From the IMG/VR virus record IMGVR_UViG_3300042446_001168: 64,000 nucleotides of DNA; one strand, given 5' to 3'. The notes under the pieces are model-generated. The model was not told the DNA's origin, did not search any database, and saw only the letters and a program-made list of their open reading frames with translations. The stretch is from a virus. The translations under genes were made by a program, and so were the position numbers. The stretch's first letter is position 1, and the number at the start of each line of letters is the position of its first letter. Shown piece after piece: positions 1 to 8,750 of this stretch.

Positions 1-8
1 GGAATATT

Positions 9-1412
9 ATGAAAAAAATTACTATTATATCACTCTTAGCACTATGCTTTGCGTCACCTGCAATGGCAGATGATTACACAGACACCTTGGATATTCTTTT
101 GCAAAAAGGAATATTAACCAAGGAAGAACATTATAGAAAAGTTACCGCGCACGAGGACAAAGCAGAAAATGTACAGTTTAATTCTTCTCGCGTGGACAAA
201 GACCTGCGAGACAACAACAACTACAGACTAAGTAAAGCCAGTGATGGTGCTGTAATGGAAAACGGACTAGGAATCAAATCCAAGGACGGAAATACCACTG
301 CACAATTCACAGGTAGAATTCATATGGATTATAGAAGTTATAGTCCAGTCTACGGTGCAGGTCAAACCACAGATTCATATCAAGATGCATTAGAAGTTAG
401 ACGTGGTCGCTTTGGAGTCAGAGGACAGATTGCCAAAGACTTCAAATACCAATTGTTAGCAAACTTTGGAAATGATGTTGGTGCAAGTTCCACTACATCC
501 ACAATTGATGAGTTCTGGGTCAATTATGCAGCCAATCCTGTAATGCAACTTCAGTTTGGTACTTTCAAAATGCCGTTTAGTCTAGAACAATTGACTAGCT
601 CCAACAACATTGACTTTATGGAGCGTAGCCTAATTGGACAAACTGAAGGTGAGTTTATTCCAGCTAAAGAAACAGGCATTATGTTGCATGGTGTGCCTAG
701 GGCAGGTATAACATATGCCCTGGCTGCAAGTCGTGGTCGTGCCAACAAGACTGCCACTGTAGATGGTGTAGATATCATTGGACGTGTGACCACAAACTTT
801 GCTGAGTTGATTCAGAACAAAGACTTTGTGGCTCATTTGGGTGCAGCATACAGTACTGGTGATGTAAAGACTGGAGTAACTCCTTCCAGTGGTCGTACTG
901 AAGCTCGTCAACAAAGTGCTTGGTTCACAGGGCCAGCTCTAAGTGGCGATACTGCAAGAACACGCCAAGGTATTGAGGCAGCGTTTGCTTGGAAAGGATT
1001 GAAAGTACAGGGAGAACAATTTAATTACAAATATGACCTGGCTACAGGATCCAATCAAGAAGTAAAAGGTAACTATGTTCAGTTGGTATACAATTTAACT
1101 GGAGAAAGTCACGTTTACAAAGATGGTACATTTGGTTGGATTAAACCAAACAACGCATTTACCAGTGGTGGTCCCGGAGCATGGCAAGTAGGTATCAGAT
1201 CCAGTGAGTTTGATGCTGAAAGCATTGCTGTAGTAGCAGGTAAAGCGAATCAAGCCACAGCAATGACATACGGTATTACTTGGTTCTTGAATGACAATGT
1301 TCGATTCATGGTCAATTATGTAGATACTAAATTCAATGCCCCAGTGGGTGCGTCAGGCAGTAGAGTAACTGGTGAAAAAGCAGTTATGTTAAGAAGTCAA
1401 ATAAGCTTCTAA
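9..1412 (+). CDS. oprP: Phosphate-selective porin, OprO/OprP family (auxiliary metabolic gene)
   Basis: Signal peptide; GRIHMDY, RRGRFGVRG, GTFKMPFSLEQLTSSNNIDFMERS and GAWQVGIRSS motifs typical of Porin_O_P; C-terminal Phe of an outer-membrane beta-barrel. Confidence 0.88.
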   Translation: MKKITIISLLALCFASPAMADDYTDTLDILLQKGILTKEEHYRKVTAHEDKAENVQFNSSRVDKDLRDNNNYRLSKASDGAVMENGLGIKSKDGNTTAQFTGRIHMDYRSYSPVYGAGQTTDSYQDALEVRRGRFGVRGQIAKDFKYQLLANFGNDVGASSTTSTIDEFWVNYAANPVMQLQFGTFKMPFSLEQLTSSNNIDFMERSLIGQTEGEFIPAKETGIMLHGVPRAGITYALAASRGRANKTATVDGVDIIGRVTTNFAELIQNKDFVAHLGAAYSTGDVKTGVTPSSGRTEARQQSAWFTGPALSGDTARTRQGIEAAFAWKGLKVQGEQFNYKYDLATGSNQEVKGNYVQLVYNLTGESHVYKDGTFGWIKPNNAFTSGGPGAWQVGIRSSEFDAESIAVVAGKANQATAMTYGITWFLNDNVRFMVNYVDTKFNAPVGASGSRVTGEKAVMLRSQISF

Positions 1413-1499
1413 TTAAAGTCAAGTAATATGAAAATCGGTCACAATGATAAGGTGACTCTGGATCCGTAACCAGACCTACAATGAAAAAAAATACCGTAG

Positions 1500-1640
1500 C
1501 ATCATCATTTTGGACAAGATTCACGTAGGTTTAAGAAAATGGGTTATCTGGGCATGGCCACCTACCTAATCAAGAATTTTATTAATCGTAACAACAAAGG
1601 GTATTGGGATAGATTAGATTACTCTAGGTATTGGAAATAA
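1500..1640 (+). pseudogene. C-terminal remnant of a probable GT2 glycosyltransferase
   Basis: Frame reads HHHFGQDSRRFKKMGYLGMATYLIKNFINRNNKGYWDRLDYSRYWK*; the SxRRF..G stretch resembles GT2 C-termini; in-frame TAG at 1497-1499 and no N-terminal domain. Confidence 0.5.
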
Positions 1641-1642
1641 CT

Positions 1643-1667
1643 AGCCACCTTCGGGTGGCTTTTTTTT
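1643..1667 (+). terminator. Rho-independent terminator with C(UUCG)G tetraloop
   Basis: AGCCACC-TTCG-GGTGGCT followed by a T run. Confidence 0.9.
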
Positions 1668-1712
1668 GCTTTAGTGTAAAATATATATACTAAATCTTGA
1701 CAGGAGGCTACC

Positions 1713-2180
1713 ATGAAAAAGCTAGTAATGTTATTTCTATTACTGATAAGTATGAACGGTGTGGCAGAAAGTACTTTCCAATTAAAGTCTGTACCTAACG
1801 AAGTTGGCAATCAACTAATGGATTTTGACCAGTCTGAGTGGCAACTTGTGTCTGATGAACCAACCTATACCTTTTGGGTAAATAAAACCGCTCATGTTAG
1901 CAAGGATAAAGATGAGCTATTTGAAGTGTACACTATGACGTGGTACAAAGAGTACGGAATATTCCCAGCTATTCAACGACCAGTAAAGAAGATATATACC
2001 CGCGGTGTTATTGGTTGCTCTGATCAAAAGATATCATTACTTGCAAACGTGTATGCAATGGATACAGAGGAGATAGTATTCATTCAGCAAATGCAATTTG
2101 AGGAATATGTGATTGAGGTGGCAACGCCCGGTACCGCAAGAAACAAGCTATACTTACGAGTATGCAATGATTCAATTTAA
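1713..2180 (+). CDS. Hypothetical exported protein
   Basis: AGGAGG RBS, N-terminal signal peptide, 155 aa. Confidence 0.75.
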   Translation: MKKLVMLFLLLISMNGVAESTFQLKSVPNEVGNQLMDFDQSEWQLVSDEPTYTFWVNKTAHVSKDKDELFEVYTMTWYKEYGIFPAIQRPVKKIYTRGVIGCSDQKISLLANVYAMDTEEIVFIQQMQFEEYVIEVATPGTARNKLYLRVCNDSI

Positions 2181-2189
2181 GGAGAGGTT

Positions 2190-2360
2190 ATGAGAGAAGA
2201 AGTTGATCCCCAGCTGTGTAGAATGTGTGACGCAGAGTTTTCTGTGGATGGATATAATATTGATGAAGAGATATCTTTCTGCCCATATTGTGGCTCTGTA
2301 ATTGATTCTGATCATGATGATGAATTAGAAGAAGAGTTTTTTGACGAAGACAATAGTTAA
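2190..2360 (+). CDS. Small zinc-ribbon protein with acidic tail (not in ORF track)
   Basis: GGAGAGG RBS; MREEVDPQLCRMCDAEF...FCPYCGS...DEDNS*, two CxxC pairs. Confidence 0.8.
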   Translation: MREEVDPQLCRMCDAEFSVDGYNIDEEISFCPYCGSVIDSDHDDELEEEFFDEDNS

Positions 2361-2767
2361 TGTGGACCTTTAATAATGAACCATGTATAATTATTCCTGA
2401 AGGATCCTATGGCTTTGTATACAGGATAACTAACACAGAGTCTGGCAGAGAGTACATAGGTAAGAAGTTATTCTATAGCATGAAGCAGAGACAGGTTAAG
2501 GGTAAGAAGAAGAAGTTTAAGGCAGAGTCAGACTGGCAGGAATACTATGGGTCAAGTGATGAACTTTTAAACGATGTTGAATCAATTGGTAAGGATAGAT
2601 TCACAAGAGAAGTTCTGAAGATGTGTAAGAACAAAGGTGAGTGCTCCTATTACGAGGCCAAGTATCAATATGAATTTGATGTTCTTTTGAACCCTACTAA
2701 ATACTACAACTCATGGATCATGTGCAAAGTGCACAGGAAACATTTACAACTACCAATCGCGGGGTAG
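2360..2767 (+). CDS. GIY-YIG family endonuclease (T4 endonuclease II-like)
   Basis: GFVYRITN...YIGKK, YYGSS, E..YQ, YYN motifs; 135 aa catalytic domain only. Confidence 0.85.
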   Translation: MWTFNNEPCIIIPEGSYGFVYRITNTESGREYIGKKLFYSMKQRQVKGKKKKFKAESDWQEYYGSSDELLNDVESIGKDRFTREVLKMCKNKGECSYYEAKYQYEFDVLLNPTKYYNSWIMCKVHRKHLQLPIAG

Positions 2768-2832
2768 TTCAGCAGTAGAACACGGGACTCATAATCCCGG
2801 GGTCGGTGGTGCGAGTCCACCCCCCGCAACCA
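2758..2832 (+). tRNA. tRNA-Met (CAT), initiator-like acceptor stem, CCA encoded
   Basis: Cloverleaf: CGCGGGG/CCCCGCA with C1:A72 mismatch, D-stem GTTC/GAAC, anticodon arm CGGGA-CTCATAA-TCCCG, T-arm GGTGG-TGCGAGT-CCACC, 3' ACCA. Confidence 0.92.
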
Positions 2833-2843
2833 ACACATATATC

Positions 2844-3707
2844 ATGAACAATCCAAACAACCTTCTGGCATCAGCTCAAGCAAAATACGGTCAGTTCTTG
2901 TTCTTTCGCAACGACGATCCTATTGGAGCCTGTCTTCACTACTATGGTGAGTGGGCACAGCAAGAGTTTGATCTATTTGACCACCTCCTTACACCAACTT
3001 CAAACGTCATTGATATTGGTGCAAATATAGGAACCCACTCAGTATACTTTTCTAAAAAGTGTAACCAAGGACGAGTGGTATCTGTAGAACCCCAAATATT
3101 CATCTTTGAGATCTTGGCCACTAATATACTGCTCAATGGATGCTTTAACGCAATTCCAATGCATGCTGCTTGTAGTTCCGAGACTAAGCAGCTGAGTATG
3201 ACTAACATTAACCCCTTTCATGGTGAAAAAATTAACTATGGGGAGTTCAAGATTAATTCCGACATCAACAACGGCATCCTCACTAATTGTATTATGTTAG
3301 ATTCGTTGATAGATTATGGTAAATTTGATTTTATTAAACTTGATGTTGAGGGGCATGAGGAAGAGGTTCTTAGCGGTGGAAAGAAGCTCTTAGACAAACA
3401 CCGACCTATGATGTATGTTGAGTTTAACAACAAGAAAGGGAATGACTCTCTTCTGGAAAAACTCTCATCGCTGGACTATGAAATGTACTGGCATGTATAT
3501 CCTAAGCACAACCCTAATAACTTTAACAAACAGTCTAAGAATGTGTGGGAAGAAGAAAATTATCAACTTAACGACTCCAATCTTGATATTAGATTTGAGT
3601 CTAATGTGCTATGCGTTCACAAAAAAGAAGAGCAGCCACAAGGGCTGCTCAAGGTGATAAAGGGATCAAATATTACCAACGTCCTGTTTGATCTTGGTTA
3701 TTTGTAA
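2844..3707 (+). CDS. FkbM family SAM-dependent methyltransferase
   Basis: VIDIGANIGTHS, VSVEP, FIKLDVEGHE, RPMMYVE motifs. Confidence 0.9.
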   Translation: MNNPNNLLASAQAKYGQFLFFRNDDPIGACLHYYGEWAQQEFDLFDHLLTPTSNVIDIGANIGTHSVYFSKKCNQGRVVSVEPQIFIFEILATNILLNGCFNAIPMHAACSSETKQLSMTNINPFHGEKINYGEFKINSDINNGILTNCIMLDSLIDYGKFDFIKLDVEGHEEEVLSGGKKLLDKHRPMMYVEFNNKKGNDSLLEKLSSLDYEMYWHVYPKHNPNNFNKQSKNVWEEENYQLNDSNLDIRFESNVLCVHKKEEQPQGLLKVIKGSNITNVLFDLGYL

Positions 3708-4364
3708 TTAATTGACTTCACAGCTTACCCATCTCAAGGTACTCCAGGTACTATATCCTGGAGATCCTCGAGGTATAAAGCAGCTACCTAATTCTGGATG
3801 TTGTTCAATTCTATCCTGAACAATTAAGAACATACTACCCAGATACATCAGAATTATAACAGCTATTGTAACAGTCCAATGAGCATCGTGCCACATCCGC
3901 TTCATCTGCTCTCTGCGTAATGCTGCTTTTTTTGCAGCTTGGTGACGTGCCTGTTCTGCAGCTCGCTCTTCTCTTTCTCTGTGAGCTTTTTGTATTTCAA
4001 ATAATCTATTTCTTTCCTCTTCAAATCTAGACCATACAGCACCCAGACCTGGAGTTTGGTACACTAGCATCTCACGCAATTCCTTCTCTGCGTTTTCGAG
4101 CTGCATCTGCATCATAACATTGTTAAGAGCTTGGGAGTTTATGTTCCCAGCATTGCTAGGGTCTTCACTATCTTTTTTGGCCTTGATAGCTGCATCTTGA
4201 ACCACTGTCTTAGCATCTAAAAACTTGCCGATGTTACCAGAGATTTCCGAAGTTATCTCTGATACATCTGCTGCTGCTGACTGACATTCTTTATAAAATT
4301 CTACACCTGAACGTATTGCTTTCAAAGCCCCTTGCGCTAGCGCAAAGGCTGTGATTGGATCCAT
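3708..4364 (-). CDS. Hypothetical coiled-coil protein with C-terminal transmembrane helix
   Basis: MDPIT.. start, helical charged core, TM segment TVTIAVIILMYLGSMFLIV. Confidence 0.75.
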   Translation of the reverse strand: MDPITAFALAQGALKAIRSGVEFYKECQSAAADVSEITSEISGNIGKFLDAKTVVQDAAIKAKKDSEDPSNAGNINSQALNNVMMQMQLENAEKELREMLVYQTPGLGAVWSRFEEERNRLFEIQKAHREREERAAEQARHQAAKKAALRREQMKRMWHDAHWTVTIAVIILMYLGSMFLIVQDRIEQHPELGSCFIPRGSPGYSTWSTLRWVSCEVN

Positions 4365-4367
4365 TTA

Positions 4368-4907
4368 CTACCTCATAAAGGGTACCCATAACCATAGTGC
4401 TTGGGTCATGAGAAGGATAGCTGTACTACCCACACCAATACTTGCCCAGAATAAAACCATATTAACAGCGAGGATACTGGCAGTCAACAGAACAATTGCA
4501 ATCTGTAATAACGAACCAGAATACGTGAACCACGGGGAACGAGCTTTTGCATCTGTTCGCTCTGCTTCCAACTTTCTAGCTTTCTCCATCAACTCCTTCT
4601 TACCTTCCCCAGTCTTAGGGTCAGATTCGTAAGAGTCAGCTTTTTCTTTCCACTTCTTGGAAAGTTCTTTGTTGCTAGTTTGCTGAGATGCTAGATCGTA
4701 AGCAGTTTGTTTGATACTCTTTGCTTGATAGAAAGACCAAGTATCGTTAGCTGCAATAGTGTTGTTGAGAATCTTACTACTATTGCCTCCACCAACAAGA
4801 GTGTTAATTGCCAGTAGAGCAGCCAGGACGGTGATAACCCACCCAGCTTTATCCTTAATAGTAGCTTCTCGTTCTGATCGGGAAGGGAGTTTCTTTTCTT
4901 CTGCCAT
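4368..4907 (-). CDS. DUF4337-like membrane protein
   Basis: AALLAI TM helix, NDTWSFYQAKSIKQ, LLQIAIVL motifs; AGGAGA RBS. Confidence 0.75.
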   Translation of the reverse strand: MAEEKKLPSRSEREATIKDKAGWVITVLAALLAINTLVGGGNSSKILNNTIAANDTWSFYQAKSIKQTAYDLASQQTSNKELSKKWKEKADSYESDPKTGEGKKELMEKARKLEAERTDAKARSPWFTYSGSLLQIAIVLLTASILAVNMVLFWASIGVGSTAILLMTQALWLWVPFMR

Positions 4908-4917
4908 GCATTGTCTC

Positions 4918-5145
4918 CTATTTAAGTCGAATTGTTAATTTCATACTATCAGCAAGATCGGATATTTGTTTATCAGATTGATCTAGCATTGGCTTCCAAA
5001 AGCCACCAGTCATATTGTTCAATGCCTTGGTATAGTGATGAAACCCATTTCTCTTGAGATCAACAAACTCGCAGCAGAACTGTTGACCTTTTGCTATAAC
5101 ATCAGTTATAGTAGGCATTGGTGGATAGTTGTACATATTTAACAT
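4918..5145 (-). CDS. Hypothetical protein
   Basis: ATG at 5145 with AAGGA RBS; avoids overlap with the PMM gene. Confidence 0.6.
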   Translation of the reverse strand: MLNMYNYPPMPTITDVIAKGQQFCCEFVDLKRNGFHHYTKALNNMTGGFWKPMLDQSDKQISDLADSMKLTIRLK

Positions 5146-5176
5146 GGTGATCCTTTTAATATTATAATTGACTGAT

Positions 5177-5920
5177 ATGAAAAACGTATTTATTTTTGAT
5201 GTAGATGGAACATTAACGGATAGTCGAGCTCCAATGGATACTGCATTCCGCAAGTGGTTCAAAGACTGGTTAAAACGAGGTAGCAAGGAAGTATATCTTG
5301 CATCTGGTAGCGACTACTCAAAAACTCAAGAACAAGTTAATAACGATATTCTTAACAGTGTAGATGCCGTGTTTTCCTGCGCAGGCAATGCTATTTATGT
5401 GAAGGGACAACTCAAGTACAAGAGTGATTGGACCCTCAAAGAGCCTCAAATATCATGGCTCAACGAGCAGTTGTTCAAAAGTCTTTTTACTGGCAAGGTT
5501 GGCAGACACATTGAGATTCGAACTGGACTTGTTAACTTCAGTGTAGTTGGTAGAGCTGCTGATAAAGATCAACGAGCTAAGTATGTTGAATTTGATAAAA
5601 AGAATAGCGAGCGAAAGCGGATTGCTGACTTGTTCAATAAGAAGTTTGAAGGCATTGCTGTTGCTCAAGTGGCTGGAGAGACTGGTATTGATCTTATGGA
5701 GCCAAAGAAGGATAAGGGTCAGATTGCTCAGTACTTTGTTGAACCCGGTACTAATGTGTACTTCTTTGGAGATCAGATGAAATCAGGGGGCAATGACTAT
5801 CCTCTTGGAGAAGCTTTGAAGCGCAACTATATAGATAGCAGTAAGGGTAGATCTACCGTGATTGAGGTGAGAGGTTGGAAAGATACTTGGAATTATTTAC
5901 AGAAAATGGAGAATAGATAA
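5177..5920 (+). CDS. HAD-IIB phosphomannomutase, eukaryote (PMM/SEC53) type
   Basis: FDVDGTLT motif I, SGSD, HIEIRTGLVNFSVVGR, FFGD...GGNDYP motifs. Confidence 0.85.
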   Translation: MKNVFIFDVDGTLTDSRAPMDTAFRKWFKDWLKRGSKEVYLASGSDYSKTQEQVNNDILNSVDAVFSCAGNAIYVKGQLKYKSDWTLKEPQISWLNEQLFKSLFTGKVGRHIEIRTGLVNFSVVGRAADKDQRAKYVEFDKKNSERKRIADLFNKKFEGIAVAQVAGETGIDLMEPKKDKGQIAQYFVEPGTNVYFFGDQMKSGGNDYPLGEALKRNYIDSSKGRSTVIEVRGWKDTWNYLQKMENR

Positions 5921-6099
5921 TGGTTAAAACACGAGATAGCTTTAATCTCAAAAAGGAAGTTAAACGGTCGCTGGCATTGTTTACTGATGCTCAGAAGCGA
6001 GCTGATTATAAGCGATTAATGATTGACGCTCAGGTATCTTTTGAGAATGCCAAGAAGCAATCTATTAAGTCTAAACGTGATTCTGATAGTGGTGAGTAA
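5920..6099 (+). CDS. Small basic hypothetical protein (not in ORF track)
   Basis: MVKTRDSFNLKKEVKRSLALFTDAQKRADYKRLMIDAQ...; coupled by TAATG overlap. Confidence 0.7.
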   Translation: MVKTRDSFNLKKEVKRSLALFTDAQKRADYKRLMIDAQVSFENAKKQSIKSKRDSDSGE

Positions 6100-6101
6100 T
6101 A

Positions 6102-7049
6102 ATGGAAACTAATGAGTTGTCTGTGAATGCGAAGGGTGGTACTGAGCTAATGCTTGAGGCTCTCCATAGTAACATTCCTAAAGACCTAATGCAGTATTTT
6201 CAAATCATTCCTTCCAGAGTTCGCGAAGTGGATGACACGAAGATTAAGATTTACTATCTACATGACTTACCTGGCGATCCCGAATCGGAACACCTTCGCA
6301 ACGGAGGATGGAATCGTTTTGATAAGTTAGTATTTGTATCTAATTGGCAGATGCAAGCATATCAAAAGCACTACGGTCTTCCGTGGTACAAGTGTATTGT
6401 GCTACATAATGCTATTGAGCCTATTCCGTATATTCAGAAACCTACGGACAAGATCAAATTCATCTACCACACTACTCCTCATAGAGGACTAAATCTCCTC
6501 CTTCCTGCGTTTGATATGCTATCCAAGAAGTATGATAATATTGAACTGGATGTATACTCCAGCTTCAAGATCTATGGATGGGAACAAAGAGATGAACCAT
6601 ACAAAGAACTGTTTGAGTTCTGCAAGAACCACCCAAAGATTACCTATCACGGATCAGTTCCTAATGATGAGGTTCGATCTGCTCTACAGCAAGCTCACTT
6701 CTACTTGTATCCTAATACCTGGCTTGAGACATCTTGTATCAGTCTAATTGAGGCTATGTCGGCTGGAGTATTTTGTATTCATCCTAACTATGGAGCTCTG
6801 TATGAGACTGCATCCAACTGGACGTGGATGTATCAGTGGCAGGATAATGAACGTGATCACATTAGAAGTATAGTAGAGTTGACTTCCAGCGCCATTGAGA
6901 TGTATACTGAGAATGATGTACAAAAAACGTTGCTTGCTCAGAAAGCGTACACGGATGCTTTTTATGGATGGCCTAACAGGAAGAATCAGTGGATCAATCT
7001 CCTGACATCTATGCTAAAAGACATCAAACGTATTGACTATAACGGGTGA
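6102..7049 (+). CDS. Glycosyltransferase, GT-B fold (GT4 / Glycos_transf_1)
   Basis: GGTE start, LHD, FVSNWQ, YHTTPHRGL, YP..ETSCISLIEAMSAG (ExxxxxxxEA) motifs. Confidence 0.9.
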   Translation: METNELSVNAKGGTELMLEALHSNIPKDLMQYFQIIPSRVREVDDTKIKIYYLHDLPGDPESEHLRNGGWNRFDKLVFVSNWQMQAYQKHYGLPWYKCIVLHNAIEPIPYIQKPTDKIKFIYHTTPHRGLNLLLPAFDMLSKKYDNIELDVYSSFKIYGWEQRDEPYKELFEFCKNHPKITYHGSVPNDEVRSALQQAHFYLYPNTWLETSCISLIEAMSAGVFCIHPNYGALYETASNWTWMYQWQDNERDHIRSIVELTSSAIEMYTENDVQKTLLAQKAYTDAFYGWPNRKNQWINLLTSMLKDIKRIDYNG

Positions 7050-7896
7050 TAAAATTATTCTAGTGGACTTCAATCAGATCTGTATATCAAATCTAATGAT
7101 GCAGGTTGGTAACCACACTGATCTAGTTGTGGAGGAGGGGTTGGTACGTCATATGATCCTCAACTCGTTACGCCTCTACAACCAGAAGTTTGGTAGCGTA
7201 TACGGTCCCATGATTATTGCCTGTGATGATAAGAATTACTGGCGTAAGCAAGAATTTCCATACTACAAAGCTAATCGGAAGAAGTCGAGAGATCAGAGTG
7301 ATATTGATTGGCCGGCTGTATTTGATATCCTTAACAGAATCCGTGAAGAGATCAAGGAGCACCTACCATACCTTGTGATACAGGTTGAGTCGTGTGAGGC
7401 TGATGATATTATTGCTACCTTCTGCTTAGATGCCACAGAAGACACATTAATCTTATCGGCTGATAAAGACTTCATTCAGCTACACAATGATAAGATCATT
7501 CAATTTGATCCTATTCGCAAAAGAAATGTCAAGGTAGAGAATCCTCAGATGTATCTCAAGGAGTTAGTAATTACTGGGGATTCAGGAGATGGAGTTCCTA
7601 ATGCTCTGTCTCCTGACAACTCCTTTGTGGATGGTGTGAGACAGAAGCCAGTATCAAAAACTAAACTACAAGAATGGATTAAAATGTCATGGGACGAGAT
7701 ACATCAGGTTCCAGAATTCCAATACATATCTAGAAATAGAAAGATGATTGACCTTCATCAAATTCCTGAACCTATCACCAATAGAATTCAAGAAGAGATT
7801 GCAAGACAACGAGCAATACCTAAAAAGGTAAATATTATTGGGTACTTGCAGCAACACAAACTGAAAACACTTATGGAACACGCTGGGGAATTTTAA
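7033..7896 (+). CDS. rnh: T4-type RNase H (5'-3' exonuclease)
   Basis: LVDFNQ, WRKQEFPYYKANRK, EADDII, SADKDFIQL, GDSGDGVPN motifs. Confidence 0.93.
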   Translation: MTITGDKIILVDFNQICISNLMMQVGNHTDLVVEEGLVRHMILNSLRLYNQKFGSVYGPMIIACDDKNYWRKQEFPYYKANRKKSRDQSDIDWPAVFDILNRIREEIKEHLPYLVIQVESCEADDIIATFCLDATEDTLILSADKDFIQLHNDKIIQFDPIRKRNVKVENPQMYLKELVITGDSGDGVPNALSPDNSFVDGVRQKPVSKTKLQEWIKMSWDEIHQVPEFQYISRNRKMIDLHQIPEPITNRIQEEIARQRAIPKKVNIIGYLQQHKLKTLMEHAGEF

Positions 7897-8312
7897 TGAA
7901 ACTAAGTTTATCTGAAATACTTAAAAAGGCTTCTGAGTATGAGAAGAAGCAAGATAAGTTGGCCTATCTGAGAGCAAACGACTCACCTGCAATCAGAGCG
8001 CTGTTTAAATATGCGTATGATGAGAAGGTTAAATTCCTCTTGCCAGAAGGGGAACCTCCTTATAAACCTAACGAGCTTCCGGACCAAGAGGGTGTACTGT
8101 ATAGTGAGCTAAGACGCATGTATTTGTTTATTGAGGGTGGTAACGACAATCTCAAGCCAGTACGGAGAGAGTACTTGTTTGTTCAGCTTCTCGAGAATGT
8201 CAATAAAGAGGATGCTCGACTGCTAATATCCGTAAAGGATAAGACTATTCCTTATAAGGGAATTACTAAGAAGCTAGTCGAAGAATTGTATCCAGGGTTA
8301 TTAGAGGGTTGA
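7896..8312 (+). CDS. Conserved T4-like phage protein downstream of rnh
   Basis: LPEGEPPYKPN, L..E.RR.Y.F, RRE.LF.QLLE motifs; translational coupling. Confidence 0.75.
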   Translation: MKLSLSEILKKASEYEKKQDKLAYLRANDSPAIRALFKYAYDEKVKFLLPEGEPPYKPNELPDQEGVLYSELRRMYLFIEGGNDNLKPVRREYLFVQLLENVNKEDARLLISVKDKTIPYKGITKKLVEELYPGLLEG

Positions 8313-8313
8313 G

Positions 8314-8502
8314 ATGGGAAAGACTAATAAAAGTTATCGTTCATCTGACGAGAAACAGCATCACGTATCAAAAGTAATTAAAAAAGAAGTAGCCGAGAGG
8401 TCTGTCAAACATATTGATAGGGCTTTGAAAAATAAAAAATACGATCAGTTCTATGATGAACTAGATATTGATAAACATCAGGAGAGTTGGAATGAACAAT
8501 AA
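8314..8502 (+). CDS. Hypothetical protein
   Basis: Operon-spaced 62-aa ORF. Confidence 0.6.
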   Translation: MGKTNKSYRSSDEKQHHVSKVIKKEVAERSVKHIDRALKNKKYDQFYDELDIDKHQESWNEQ

Positions 8503-8722
8503 CTGGTTTTGGAATAATAAATTAATGGGCTGGATAGAAGGCAAGCTACTAGTGTTTACTAACTGGTTCTGGAATAAACGTCATGCTCCTGCTAAAGAGG
8601 TTGTAGCAAGGATTACACCAACTCTAACAGCAGAGGCTACTCCTGCTCCACAGAAAAAGCCTGCTCGTAAACCTGCCGCGAAGAAGCCAGCAGTCAAGCA
8701 AACTAAGTGGACGGCAAAGTAA
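8492..8722 (+). CDS. Hypothetical protein with Lys/Pro/Ala-rich tail
   Basis: AGGAGAG RBS before ATG 8492; KKPARKPAAKKPA tail. Confidence 0.65.
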   Translation: MNNNWFWNNKLMGWIEGKLLVFTNWFWNKRHAPAKEVVARITPTLTAEATPAPQKKPARKPAAKKPAVKQTKWTAK

Positions 8723-8750
8723 ATATAATGAAGTATAATGTGAGAGATAT

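Noticed and set aside
2360-2767. GIY-YIG protein as an intron-encoded homing endonuclease
   Set aside because: Catalytic domain only, no DNA-binding extension, and no interrupted host gene or intron structure around it
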